DNA of 64,000 bases from NCBI GenBank assembly GCA_030141605.1, contig JAQGDQ010000552.1, positions 62,001 through 126,000 of the forward strand. Direction: 5' to 3'. Below, one piece after another: positions 1 through 12,935 of this stretch. The stretch comes from Tubiluchus corallicola. Its lineage: Eukaryota; Animalia; Priapulida. Within the stretch, counting starts at the first letter, position 1. Each line of letters starts with the position of its first letter. The translations under genes and the position numbers were made by a program. The notes below the pieces were generated by a model. It was not told the DNA's origin. It made no database searches and saw nothing but the letters and a program-made list of their open reading frames with translations.

Positions 1-289
1 TTGAATTCATTATTGAGTTAGATGCTACAGTTTTGCTTTCAGTTAGATGCTACAGATGCTACAGTAATTATGCTAAATTAAATTTCAGTTGCCATTGTTA
101 TTATGTTCCTGTTGTCAGATTTTTATTTCAGTTATTTTCAGTTTGATTTTTTTTTTATTATGCACTTATTATTACTGTTTATGAATTGTACTAACACATT
201 ATAAGCATATCAATTTAATGTCATTCGCAACAATTAAATTTTTATTATAAGCAGTACTAACACTAATACACTGTAGCATAGCGCCTATA

Positions 290-446
290 AAAAATGTTCA
301 TCACTAACCAAAGGGCAGCTGACTAGATGACCAATTGGTCTTTCGCTGCCCTTTCTTCACATTTTTGTTACCAAATTAATTGTATTACAACTGTGCGTGT
401 GTTAAAAGATAAATAAAAGATTATTATTATTATAATTATTATTATT
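290..446 (+). mobile_element. Non-LTR retrotransposon 3' end with (ATT)n tail
   Basis: aagggcagctgac...gaccaattggtctttcgctgc is related to the reverse complement of 940-992 and 8258-8302; it is followed by AATAAA and (ATT)n. Confidence 0.5.
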
Positions 447-864
447 GCTGCTTAAATCATTGCAGCTGTTGACAGCTCGGCTGCTGAAGGCGTTCTTCCC
501 TACATCCAGTCTGGTTCTGAGTTTGTAGAATTTACAAGTACGACCTCCTCTAGTAATTGCTGAATTGCTCAAGGTAGAAGGAATCCTCGTTCAAAACGTC
601 AATTTCATTGATAATTCTAAAAACCTCAATCATGTCACTTCATTGGCGTCTGTATTGTAAAGATGGAATGGTTCATTTTCTTAGTCTTTCTGTCTAATTC
701 AAGTCACTAAATGATGGAACCAGCTTGGTAGCCCTTCGTTGCACATTTTCTATGAGTTGAGCATCTCCTATAAACTTTGCTTCCCAAACAACATTTGCAT
801 ATTCTACCTGTGGTTTAATAAAAGTTTTGTTTATCTGAACAATCATTTCACTGCTTATGTATGT

Positions 865-1330
865 AATTCAATTCAACTCAACTTTATTCTCTCAACAGCA
901 GTTAAAATTCATCGTAATTATTTTTGCATTTCATTGCAGCTGAGAAGGAGCAGCGAAAGACCTATTGGTCACTTGGTCAGCTGCCCCTTATGAAAAATAC
1001 AAGTTTACACACAGGCTCATGACATTTTTAGGTGTTTTTGCTTATATAAAAGGCAAAAGCAACAAAAATCAACTCAAAGCAGAAATGCAATTCAAAGCAT
1101 AACAAGGAATAACATCAATAACATCTAAGGTTAAGTGTACCAGACAATGCCTAGTATCGACTAGCTAGAACCTTACCTAGTTCATTTTTTCTTGTTTCCA
1201 AGCAAGATCTTGCTAGTAAATCACTCTACGCACAGAGTATTGCATAGTTAAGTAAAGTCCACCTAAAACAACTGAAGTTACTTAACTGATGCAGCAGACG
1301 CTTTGCTTTACACACATGTCTCAGTTTAAA
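865..1330. mobile_element. Composite repeat (LINE 3' end on minus strand plus aggttaagtgtacc family), copy 1
   Basis: Near-identical to 8177-8620 over about 440 bp. Confidence 0.75.
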
Positions 1331-1775
1331 TCATTTTAAGATAAGCAAATAAAATTCATAACATATATCTAAAGTTACTCTATATTTCTTATGCAAACAT
1401 TAATTACGATTTGTTTGAGTTTAGTGTGTACTTTCCTTTACCTGCAGTCGATGTTTTACATGTTTGCCGTTCTCTTTCTCTACTTCTACTTTGTGTTGGT
1501 AGTTTTCTTTATACAAACATGCACTGTTTATATGTCTGGCAGGATTATCCTACATTTTATTAGACATTATAATTACGTATAAACCTGATAAATGTGGAGG
1601 TTTTTGTCCCATGAAATTCTGTGCACGACTGTAATTGAGTAACTACATCGGGCTGCCAAGTTTTAATGTTTCAAAAGTTGAATGATTTTTCTAGAGATTT
1701 AGTAGATGTCTGTCATATATGAAGGTTTATGTATGTGTTTTGACGGTTCCATGCCGAAAATTCTTTGTACTAATA

Positions 1776-2240
1776 CGTGTTTTGTGTCTGTGCATGCGTG
1801 TGTGTGTGTGTCTGCGTGTGTGCCGGCATGTATGTGTGTGTGTGTGTGTGTGTGTGCATGCGTGCATGTGTCTGTGTCTGAATGTGTGTGTGTGTGCGTG
1901 CGTGCCTGCATGTGTGTGTGTGCATGCGTGCATGTGTATGTGTGTGTATCTGCATGTGTATGTGTGTGTGCGCGTGTGCATGCGTGCCTGCATGTGTGTG
2001 TGTGTGCATGCGTGCATGTGTATGTGTGTGTGTGCCTGCATGTGTGTGTGTGCGTGCGTGCCTGCATGCGTGTGTGTGTGTGTGCCTGCCTGCCTGCATG
2101 TGTGTGTGTGTTTGCCTGCACGTGTGTGTGTGTGTGTGTGTGCGTGCGTGCCTGCCTGCCTGCGCGTGTGCGTGTGTGTGTGTGTGCACGTGTATGTGTA
2201 TGTGTGCATGCATAGTGCGTCTGTGCATGTGTACGTGCAT
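1776..2240. repeat. Compound (TG)n/(TGCA)/(TGCC) microsatellite
   Basis: Directly visible; produces the spurious C/V- and H/T-rich ORFs. Confidence 0.97.
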
Positions 2241-2949
2241 GTTTATCAATTATCACTGTAGCCTTGCTTCTGTGGTCAAAGTACACACTTTGTACTATGG
2301 ATATGTAGTACAGTTACAAGCAGTCGTAGTCAAGTAAGACTCAGCAAAAAGGTAAACGCTAACTAAACTGAACGAGCGCATCATTAAAACTGCACGTGTG
2401 TGAAATTGTTAAATTCTTTTTCTTGCATTTCTACAAGGAACAATTTTTTTGGCAGTTTGCCAGCCAAGCTCGTGCAATGGACAGCGCTGCATAGTGAGAG
2501 GATAATTGATTAAGGCCACTAAGTCATTAGCCAAGCTCAAGCCACGTTTGCCTCAGCTGGCCTACTTACTAGCAGCGAAAATTAGCTGACTTTAAAACTC
2601 ATCACGCGTACATTGCAAAATTGCCCTGCTTTCTGTTTCATTTGCTCCAGTCAAACCGCCTGGTACTTTCAAAAAAGTGGTTTCGTTTTCATTTAGAGAG
2701 ACGCAACACTTCTCCCTGCTGCATTTCAGGAATTGAACTTATTGAGTTTGAAAACCCAGTTGCCTTACCCTGCTTCCCATATGCTCCTGATCATTCCCCT
2801 AAAACCGGATGATAAGCATTGATCAATGAAATTCCTGTTGGCATAAAACTGAAGGCAGTTTTGCAGAACAGGTGTCTGTAATTACTGAGTCTGACTCATC
2901 GTGTCTCTGTTGTATCATGAATAATCAGATGTCTCTGTGATAACTTACA

Positions 2950-3177
2950 TACGTGTGATTTTGCGGTTTATCTATAGCAGTGATGTAATACAAGTTACGT
3001 GTGATTTTGCGATTTATTTATAGCAGTGATGCAATACAAGTTACGTGTGATTTTGCGATTTATTTATAGCAGTGATGCAATACAAGTTACGTGTGATTTT
3101 GCGATTTATTTATAGCAGTGATGCAATACAAGTTACGTGTGATTTTGCGATTTATTTATAGCAGTGATGCAATACAA
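2950..3177. repeat. Tandem repeat, 46-bp unit, about 5 copies
   Basis: Unit gtgattttgcgatttatttatagcagtgatgcaatacaagttacgt. Confidence 0.95.
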
Positions 3178-3432
3178 ACTTGTATCATTCTTACTGTTGC
3201 ATCAGTGTTCGTCAAGAGCTGGTTTGCTAGTGAAAGATTGAAGCTTCAAAGTTGTGATGCTGCTGACTGTTCATCCATGTTGATCAAGCATCAATTACGA
3301 TCGCTAGCGAGACGTAATGCGTTGTTTCTGTTCTTTCGGATTCAATTACGTCTGCATTGTGTGTGTTAAGGATAATGGACTAAAGACTGAATTGATTATT
3401 GTAAACTGTTGCATCTATTTAGCTCTTGCGGT

Positions 3433-5001
3433 TGTAACGTGTTGTTTGCAGTTTTAAAAGTACAAACTGTCTGCCTCTGTCTTGTTGTTTGTAGTTTTAA
3501 AAGTACAAAATGTCTGCTTATAACGTATTGTTTGTAGTTTTAAAAGTACAAAATGTCTGCTTATAACGTGTTGTTTGTAGTTTTAAAAGTATAAAATGTC
3601 TGCTTATAACGTGCTGTTTGTAGTTTTAAAAGTACAAAATGTCTGCTTGTAACGTGTTTGTAGCTTTAAAAGTACAAAATGTCTGCTTGTAACGTGTTTG
3701 TAGTTTTAAAAGTACAAAATGTCTGCTTGTAACGTGTTTGTAGCTTTAAAAGTACAAAATGTCTGCTTGTAACGTGTTTGTAGCTTTAAAAGTACAAAAT
3801 GTCTGCTTGTAACGTGTTTGTAGCTTTAAAAGTACAAACTGTCTGCTTGCGACGTGTTGTTTGTGCTTTAAAAGTACAAACTGTCTGCTTGTAACGTGTT
3901 TGTAGCGTTAAAAGTACAAACTGTCTGCTTGCGACGTGTTGTTTGTAGCTTTAAAAGTACAAACTGTCTGCTTATAACGTGTTGTTTGTAGTTTTAAAAG
4001 TACAAAATGTCTGCTTATAACGTGTTGTTTGTAGTTTTAAAAGTATAAAATGTCTGCTTATAACGTGCTGTTTGTAGTTTTAAAAGTACAAAATGTCTGC
4101 TTGTAACGTGTTTGTAGCTTTAAAAGTACAAAATGTCTGCTTGTAACGTGTTTGTAGTTTTAAAAGTACAAAATGTCTGCTTGTAACGTGTTTGTAGCTT
4201 TAAAAGTACAAAATGTCTGCTTGTAACGTGTTTGTAGCTTTAAAAGTACAAAATGTCTGCTTGTAACGTGTTTGTAGCTTTAAAAGTACAAACTGTCTGC
4301 TTGCGACGTGTTGTTTGTGCTTTAAAAGTACAAACTGTCTGCTTGTAACGTGTTTGTAGCGTTAAAAGTACAAACTGTCTGCTTGCGACGTGTTGTTTGT
4401 AGCTTTAAAAGTGCAAACTGTCTGCTTGCGACGTGTTGTTTGTAGCTTTAAAAGTGCAAACTGTCTGCTTGCGACGTGTTGTTTGTAGCTTTAAAAGTAC
4501 AAACTGTCTGCTTGCGACGTGTTGTTTGTAGCTTTAAAAGTACAAACTGTCTGCTTGCGACTTGTTGTTTGTAGCTTTAAAAGTACAAACTGTCTGCTTG
4601 CCACGTGTTGTTTGTAGCTTTAAAAGTGCAAACTGTCTACTTGCCACGTGTTGTTTGTAGCTTTAAAAGTACAAACTGTCTGCTTGCGACTTGTTGTTTG
4701 TAGCTTTAAAAGTACAAACTGTCTGCTTGCGACGTGTTGTTTGTGCTTTAAAAGTACAAACTGTCTGCTTGTAACGTGTTTGTAGCGTTAAAAGTACAAA
4801 CTGTCTGCTTGCGACGTGTTGTTTGTAGCTTTAAAAGTGCAAACTGTCTGCTTGCGACGTGTTGTTTGTAGCTTTAAAAGTACAAACTGTCTGCTTGCGA
4901 CGTGTTGTTTGTAGCTTTAAAAGTGCAAACTGTCTGCTTGCGACGTGTTGTTTGTAGCTTTAAAAGTACAAACTGTCTGTTTGTAACGTGTTGTTTGTAG
5001 C
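3433..5001. repeat. Minisatellite, 40-43-bp unit, about 38 copies
   Basis: Unit gtagctttaaaagtacaaa(a/c)tgtctgcttgtaacgtgtt(gtt)t. Confidence 0.97.
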
Positions 5002-5506
5002 GATTTGTTATTTATGCAACGTTGTCCAGAAAAATTGTTATTAATTTACTTTTGCAAATTTACAGCAATTTCTTTTAATGGATCGTGCCACGCATATGAG
5101 ATTACCATATCATTAGCATAATTTCTCAAGTGTGTGCCACTTCCTTAAATGGTCATTATTCGTTAATGTAATGTAGTATGCTTTCAGGGGAACAGGTACT
5201 TAAGGTGGCTGCAACTGGTTTCATAATAATAATTATCGTGTGATAAATAGCTCGGCTGCTGATGATTGATGAGTGCGGCCTCTTATTTATTAAGTAGGGA
5301 TGAGTCAGAGAGTTCCGCAGCTGCTGCAGGTTAGTGTGAACTCAGGTGTGAAAATGCAATAGTGATCATACCTGTCTGATAGTTGGACAGTGTGAGTGAA
5401 TTGCTTGTATTTTTGTTCGGCGCGATGCAGCTGAAGTTAAATTCAGGTTGTTGTTGTGAAAGTGGTTAAAATTTATGGTAAAATGGTGACTTTACTTCAG
5501 AACGGT

Positions 5507-6128
5507 TTAAAAGATGAGTTTCAATATCCTACCCCATTTTCTAGTACAGTAAAAGTATGCATTTTATCACCATTAATACTGCGAAAGCATTTCTGATAAT
5601 TATATAATAAATGTAAAAACTTAATTAATGGCGGACGAGCCCAACTGTTGAGGACATCACAAACTAACATCATTTTCAACAGCAAAAATGTTTCACAGGT
5701 GTGTTGCACGTGTTTGCGAAAGCGAAAATTGAAGTACAGTGCTGGTGTAAGATATTCAGTGTGTTGTACTAAAACTAGGCAAGTTTTAAGATAAATATTT
5801 GGATTTCAAATTTACCGATGTGCTCACGCATGAGCTGTCAAACATGTGTAGTTCGTCACAAGCTAACATGTCTGAACTGAGAAGTGCAGCACGTGTTTTT
5901 TATGCAAAGCGTTTCCGAATTGCAGGCGCTAGTGCCCGTCTAACTAGCGAATGGCGAAATGTGTGCAACAGCGAAGAACTAGTGGCGCGAACGTGAAATT
6001 GTGTTTGTGTGGTTATAATTCTTTCACGTAAATCATTTTTTTAAAAAAAATAGTATGTTTCGTTTCAATATTTTAAAGAGCAGATAGTTTTCACTTGCGC
6101 TTTAAGATTAGTTCCGATTTTGCTTTAA
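5507..6128 (+). mobile_element. Family A non-autonomous element (TTAA-flanked, AG..CT ends; Kolobok-like)
   Basis: About 600-bp dispersed repeat homologous to 32014-32590, 60755-61343, 11550-11755, 28205-28462 and 41566-42870; ends ...ttttgctttaa. Superfamily is inferred from the termini. Confidence 0.7.
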
Positions 6129-6153
6129 ATGATGACAATGCCAAAACTGTGTT

Positions 6154-6685
6154 TTAAAGGAAACGTCAAACCTTCTGCAAACTTAAGCTTATTTCAGTCT
6201 TCCACAAAAATGATGGTAGTAAATTGATTTAGTAGTAAAGGCGTGATAAGCATCTCTCGTAATTAGTAGAATCACTTTAAAGTCCCGTTCATCTCACATT
6301 TGAGTGCTCCTATATTGAACCCCCCATTCGTCCACCAGTGACATCATTTGTCGGCTGAAGAAAAGTAATGCGCTGCCAAATTTTGTCAAGCTAATTTCAT
6401 GTTAGTTTTGTGTGTACATTAGGTAAGCTGCAGAAGTTTTAATTCGTTTAAGCAGCGTGCACTTAAAGAAAGCCACGATGCACTTATGAAAAGTCCACCA
6501 ATTACGTCATTGTTTTCAAGTAAATTGCGGCAACTTCCATGTTTAAAATTTTTTTACAGCGACTGTATAAATGAACCTTATGCTTTATAGACAGTTTTTG
6601 CAAATTTCTTCATTATACTTTTCTAAGTTTAGGTGATAACAGTAAATAAAACCCAATATGTTAAATGAGTTGTCTTTTCCTTTAA
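6154..6685. mobile_element. TTAA-flanked TIR element (Kolobok-like), single copy here
   Basis: ttaa-aggaaacgtcaa ... ttgtcttttcct-ttaa, an imperfect TIR. Confidence 0.5.
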
Positions 6686-7115
6686 ATGCATAATTGTTGT
6701 AAGAAAATCTCGCTTGTGTCTTTCGGCTTCCTGTTTTTGTTGAATTTAAATGAAATCTAAAGATGTACCGTGATAGGAATCTTTGCATTTATTTTAAAAT
6801 TGTCGTTATACTATCACCAACCATCATAGTTATGAATGACTAGAGAATTCCAGGTCTGTAGTCGGTCTTGCTTCAGCTGTGCAGTGGTATTTTCAAACTT
6901 GTGGGAGCTGATCTTGTTTACCTAACCCTTTCTATTGTTGTGTCTGCACGTTAAAGGAAGCGGGTTAGCCATTGTTCACCACAAGAGGGCGCTTCCATTG
7001 TTCACCACAAGAGGGCGCTTCGATTGTTCACCACAAGAGGGTTCTTGAAAGAATTCTCCAGGGTGCTTCAGAGCATTTCCTATGTGTGGTGTTAAAGCAG
7101 AGAGCTGTAAGACCT

Positions 7116-7620
7116 ATTCTTCTTCTTCTTCCCAGCTTTTCCCTATTCGGGGTCGCCGTTGTGAATGAGTCTTCTCCACGCATTCCTGTTATTGACCATC
7201 TCTTCATTTATGTCTTCCCTTCCCACATGATCTTCACCGACTCTTCTTTTCAGGTGTCCATACCATCGCAATCTTGCGAGGCTTCCACTACTTTTACTGT
7301 TCCTCTGATATTATTATTTCTAATTTTATCTCTTCTTGTTATTCCCACCATCCATCTCAACATCCTCATCTCCACCACACCCATTTTCTTCTCTTCGGTC
7401 TTCTTTAGAGAAGCTGCTTCCAGCCCATAGATTAGAGCGGGTCTGACCACTTCTTTGTGGACTTTACCTTTAAGTCTCGCCGACTCATTCATAGAAGGTT
7501 TTGGCGCAGTTTTTACAGCAGGCGGATGCCCTTCCTGACCCTAACCCTCCCTATTTATCCGGGCTTGGGACCGGCACTGAGTTGGGCTGGCTTATACTCC
7601 CCCCCCCCAGTGGCTAGGTT
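7116..7620 (-). mobile_element. RTE-clade non-LTR element, internally deleted/bipartite, with (GAA)n tail
   Basis: Minus-strand peptide KVHKEVVRPALIYGLEA...[19 protein letters not shown] is typical of the post-RT region of RTE ORFs. It has a (GAA)n tail and a flanking duplication ctgtaaga(c/tc)tattct. Confidence 0.85.
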
Positions 7621-8128
7621 CTGTAAGATCTATTCTCATGGAGGTTTTCTTTAATTTTACAACCAGTTGAGCAGTACTCCGTTTCATGCTTCTGGATTAG
7701 TGTATCATGGATCCGCCCTTGTTAAAGCAGAGAGCTGTAAGACGTATTCTCATGGAGGTTTTCTTTAATTTTACAACCAGTTGAGCAGAGCAGTACTTCG
7801 TTTCATGCTTCTGGATTAGTGTATCATGGATCCACCCTTGCAATTTACTCCCTGTGTAGAAGTTTAAACTGTTTCAAGTTTATTTAAGCCTGCAGGTACG
7901 TTGCATGTTTCACAGCCTGTTATTAATTGCAGATACTTGTGCGGAGGTATCTTGAGCCCCGCGGGGCGCGTCTTTTTATTCGCATATTTGTTTGTGTTGT
8001 GTTCAAAAGCTTGTGGTTTAGAGAATAAAACTGTCAGGGGTGATTCGGTTCTCAAGTCTTATGCTGGCCACAGTGAAACTGTGCTGTCGAGTATAATGGC
8101 ACGGGCATTTGATAACGGCAGCAACAAT

Positions 8129-8640
8129 GAAGCTTTTCGCAGTTTCATCGATTGATGATTATCGTGAAAAGGTCTAATTCAAATTCAAATCAATTTTATT
8201 TTCTCAATAGCAGCTTAAATTCTTCATAATTATTTTTACATTTCATTGCAGCTGAGAACGAGCAGCGAAAGACCTATTGGTCACTTGGTCAGCTGCCCCT
8301 TATGAAAAATACAAGTTTACACACAGGCTCATGACATTTTTAGGTGTTTTTGCTTATATAAAAGGCAGAAGCAACAAAAATCAACTCAAAGCAGAAATGC
8401 AATTCAAAGCATAACAAGGAATAACATCAATAACATCTAAGGTTAAGTGTACCAGACAATGCCTAGTATCGGCTAGCTAGAACCTTACCTAGTTCATTTT
8501 TTCTTGTTTCCAAGCAAGATCTTGCTAGTAAATCACTCTGCGCACAGACTAATGCATAATTAAGTAAAGTCCACATAAAACAACTGAAGTTACTGAACTG
8601 ATGCAGCAGACGCTTTGCTGTAGTACACTTAATCTTCGGT
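8129..8640. mobile_element. Composite repeat copy 2 (LINE 3' end nested in aggtcaaaggttaagtgtacc family)
   Basis: Matches 865-1330; its outer parts match 29927-30263. Confidence 0.75.
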
Positions 8641-9242
8641 CTGCAGCAACTGCACGTGCGCACAACGAAATTTTGAAAAGGCCTATCGTCACAGAATGAC
8701 AAAAATGACATTAAGTCATTAATTTTGACAGCTGCTATAGCGTTGACAACAACAACAGCAGTAATGGCGGCGGCAACGGCAAGAGTAAAAGTACTCTGAC
8801 AAATTGTACAATAATAATGAATCAATAAGGACCGTAATTGAAAAAGACAGGTTTGAAAGTTGACAAGTTTGCCGCCCCCAAGTATACCTGATTATGTATT
8901 ATAATACATGCCAGGTTTTGAATTTGCTGTACTGTGTACTTTGCATGGAAATAATAGACGTGTTTTAGTTTTTAGTCTTTTTTGCCATCAAAATTTTTTT
9001 TAAAATATTCTACGTTTGTCCGCTTAATTTTTAAACATTGTGGTAACCGCATTATGTTAGCATTAACATGAAAATTGGTTAAAGCACAAGAAAATCTTTT
9101 ACTTATTTAAACTAAAAAAATTCATCTTAAAATTTTGTATCACCTGCAAATGCCTTGTTGTAATTTACAGCAGTGCCGTATAAAACTTATTTAAATTTCC
9201 ATCAAAAACGTTTGGGCACAGCCATTTTTGAGAGTAGGCATT

Positions 9243-9580
9243 AGTCATAAGTCATAAGTCATTTATTTCACATTACACATTTACAATAGTTTCATGTACA
9301 ATATCTAGTGAAAGGGCCTACAATGAACATAGTACAAATAAGAAATACTGCACAGGAAAAGTCTCAAACACTGTTCACTTATACACGAAGGTAAATGTGT
9401 TGCGGGCAATCAAGAAGCAGGGCTTGTTAGATTGTCCCACAGTAATGGAGATAATATGAAATTTTAAAGTGAATAGTGATAAAAAAACACTAGTGCTTAA
9501 AATGGATTGATGTAATGAATGAAGCTCATATATGGGATGATATAAAAGATAGAAATACTATTATTTGTTAATTTGGTAAT
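9243..9580 (-). mobile_element. 5'-truncated retroposon with (TGACTTA)n tail and 12-bp TSD
   Basis: Flanked by AGAGTAGGCATT at 9231-9242 and 9581-9592; second copy at 28742-29088. Confidence 0.8.
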
Positions 9581-10051
9581 AGAGTAGGCATTTGATATAT
9601 ATAATAATCTTTATTTGCCATAAAAAATCGATATTCGCAACTATAAAAGCATAAAAGAACATCGCAGCATGAGAATAAAATTCACACAACTGTTAAAGGC
9701 AAATGCATCCAGTGGAAACTAAAAACTACTGTGCCAAAAATTTAAAACAAAATATACATTATAATAATATTACACGGAAATTATAATAGACTATATACAA
9801 TATATACAAATAATTTAAAATGGATGTGGGTAAATAAAATTTGTGGATGAATATATATTATCGTTTACGTATGTTGGGTTTTCAAAACGATTTAATGTAT
9901 GTATATTTAATTTTGATTTGAATTCGATGCAAGTTTAAAAACATTGCATGAAGTTTGAACAAATAATCAGAGCATTCGTAGAGCGCATTTCGCTAACTAA
10001 GCAAGAGCGTAAATTACCGTATCTTATGAATGAGATTAAAAGTACGCTTTT

Positions 10052-11206
10052 GGTGAGTCAGTGGTGCACACTGGGATGGTGAATCAGTGGTGCACACTGG
10101 GATGGTGAGTCAGTGGTATACACTGGGATGGTGATTCAGTGGTGCACACTGGGTTGGTGAATCAGTGGTACACACTGGGATGGTGAATCAGTGGTACACA
10201 CTGGGATGGTGAGTCAGTGGTACACACTGGGATGGTGAGCCAGTGGTACACACTGGGATGGTGAATCAGTGGTGCACAGTGGGATGGTGAGTCAGTGGTA
10301 CACACTGGGATGGTGAATCAGTGGTGCACACTGGGATGGTGAGTCAGTGGTACACACTGGGATGGTGAGTCAGTGGTGCACACTGGGTTGGTGAATCAGT
10401 GGTACACACTGGGTTGGTGAATCAGTGGTACACACTGGGATGGTGAGTCAGTGGTAAACACTGGGATGGTGAGTCCCGTGGTGCACACTGGGTTGGTGAA
10501 TCAGTGGTACACACTGGGATGGTGAATCAGTGGTACACACTGGGATGGTGAGCCAGTGGTACACACTGGGATGGTGAGTCAGTGGTGCACACTGGGATGG
10601 TGAGTCAGTGGTGCACACTGGGTTGGTGAATCAGTGGTACACACTGGGATGGTGAGTCAGTGGTGCACACTGGGATGGTGAGCCAGTGGTACACACTGGG
10701 ATGGTGAGCCAGTGGTACACACTGGGATGGTGAATCAGTGGTGCACAGTGGGATGGTGAGTCAGTGGTACACACTGGGATGGTGAGTCAGTGGTGCACAC
10801 TGGGATGGCGAGTCAGTGGTGCACACTGGGTTGGTGAATCAGTGGTACACACTGGGATGGTGAATCAGTGGTACACACTGGGATGGTGAGCCAGTGGTAC
10901 ACACTGGGATGGTGAATCAGTGGTGCACACTGGGATGGTGAGTCAGTGGTACACACTGGGATGGTGAGTCAGTGGTGCACACTGTGTTGGTGAGTCAGTG
11001 GTGCACACTGGGATGGTGAGTCAGTGGTGCACACTGGGATGGTGAGTCAGTGGTGCACACTGGGTTGGTGAATCAGTGGTACACACTGGGATGGTGAATC
11101 AGTGGTACACACTGGGATGGTGAGTCAGTGGTACACACTGGGATGGTGAGCCAGTGGTACACACTGGGATGGTGAATCAGTGGTGCACACTGGGATGGTG
11201 AGCCAG
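10052..11206. repeat. Minisatellite, 26-bp unit, about 44 copies
   Basis: Unit ggtga(g/a)tcagtggt(a/g)cacactgggat. Confidence 0.98.
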
Positions 11207-11549
11207 TCGTATTTTACTAGTTTGTGCAAACATTTTAAATTACTAAAAATTTTCTTTTCTACTCATATAAGTCTTTCAAGCAGGTAAGCCAAATGCTAAG
11301 TAATACAACTTTACATGGAAAGTGTAAAATTGCCTTTTTTACCCTTTAAAGTTTTGGTTGGGATATAAAATTTAAGTATGGCTAACTTTGCGCTCTCCTG
11401 ATCAGAGTAAAATGAATGGGACTCAAAGATTGTTCCGTCATGTCCATTAAAACAATTAAGCAAATGAACATTAATTAATAAATTAATATGCTTTAAACTT
11501 ATGAGAAAGAAAATGAGTTAAGGTGACATTAAATGAGTTGTGATTTACT

Positions 11550-11755
11550 TAAAGGAAGACAGGATAATTTTTCATGTACATTTTCATGTCGGATAAAAAG
11601 TATACATTTTAACACAATTAATACTACAAAAGCATTTCTGATAATTAAGTAATAGATCAAAAACATAATTAACGGCGGGTGAGCCCAACTATCCATGACA
11701 TCACAAACTAACATAATTTTCAACACCAAAAATATTCCACGAGCGAGTTGCATGT
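11550..11755 (+). mobile_element. Family A fragment
   Basis: ttaaaggaagacaggataatttttcat... matches 60755 onward. Confidence 0.75.
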
Positions 11756-12935
11756 GATTCTTTTCTACTGTATGTGATTTTAATGCTCCTCATAGTTTAA
11801 TTACTTTTACAAATCTAAAAGATTTGCAGCCGAGTAATGGTATTGTGGTGTCCAATTTACTTCTGCTAAATCAAAGTGCAGGTATTGTGAAAAACTATCT
11901 GCACAGCATTCATTTTAATGAATTGAAGGTATCCAGTCGCTTACCTCGTCAATACAAATAAGACTAAAACCAACAATGCTTGCAATTACCTGCGATTGTG
12001 GGGCAGACGTATGCCGGGGGTGCTCGTCCCTCATCCGAACTTACCATTCTTTCAGATGTACTAACACCTTTGCCTTTTAAACAAGTGCAGCGTCAGATCG
12101 TTTACAAACCGTTCTGCAAACAAATACTCGGAGTTTTTAAGTGTAAGATGCGCTTAGTGAACCACATGAGTGATTGTGCTCCCAATTACCTGCAGATAAA
12201 TAGTCTCCGTCAAAGAGAAATTCGTTGTTGGTTCTTGTGTTTACCGAACTGCTTAGCCTAGTGTCATACACCTCTCTACTGGTCGGAACAACATATTGCT
12301 CGCATTGATCCGACAGTGTTCGTTGACTCTTCGAATCTCTGACCGGTAGTTTAACTAACTCCTGATCTGTTGGACAGGTGTGAATTGCAGAGCGGTCCGT
12401 ACATGTTACCTGTTAAGTAGGTGATTATTAGATGTTTGATTAAATGGTAGGTAACAAGTTAAAGGTGAAGTACCTTTACACTTTGCTAAAGGTATGAGTT
12501 ATATATTTCATTGATCACTCGTCAACGTTTTTATTTAATCTGTTTTACAGTTTTTGAAAAACTTGAAAATCTAACCCTTACAATCAAAACTGTTTCATAT
12601 AGCAAAATCATGCTGCAGTGTTATAACACTTGCAAACTCATTCTTACCTTTTCGGACGCATCCACCCATTGTCGTTACATGTATCTTATAAATCTTAGAG
12701 AAAAATCCTATACTGCATCACGTTGCCTGTGTACTAGTGAGCTGTACTTTTGGGGCACTGAGCCGTACTAGTGCATGCACACCTGCACGTACATCTTCGT
12801 CTTAGTGCATTGCGGAAATTATCGACTTTTGTTGGCGAAAATGTTTCACAGTTTTTGGAAACTGGAACGAAGAACGATGTTGATATTTTCTTTTTGTTTT
12901 TCAGTGTCAGTTTGTGATCTAGCCCTCCGTGGGCC

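Noticed and set aside
1699-2337. Six overlapping ORFs rich in C/V or H/T
   Set aside because: Translations of a (TG)n-type microsatellite.
10052-11206. CRISPR-like appearance of short palindromic repeats (also 50527-51092 and 3433-5001)
   Set aside because: Units are head-to-tail with no unique spacers, there are no cas genes, and the context is eukaryotic.
5290-12495. Candidate non-coding 5' exons of the DLGAP-like gene (donor-like sites near 5330, 11284 and 12492)
   Set aside because: An upstream exon is implied by the acceptor at 12904, but its position cannot be fixed from sequence alone.
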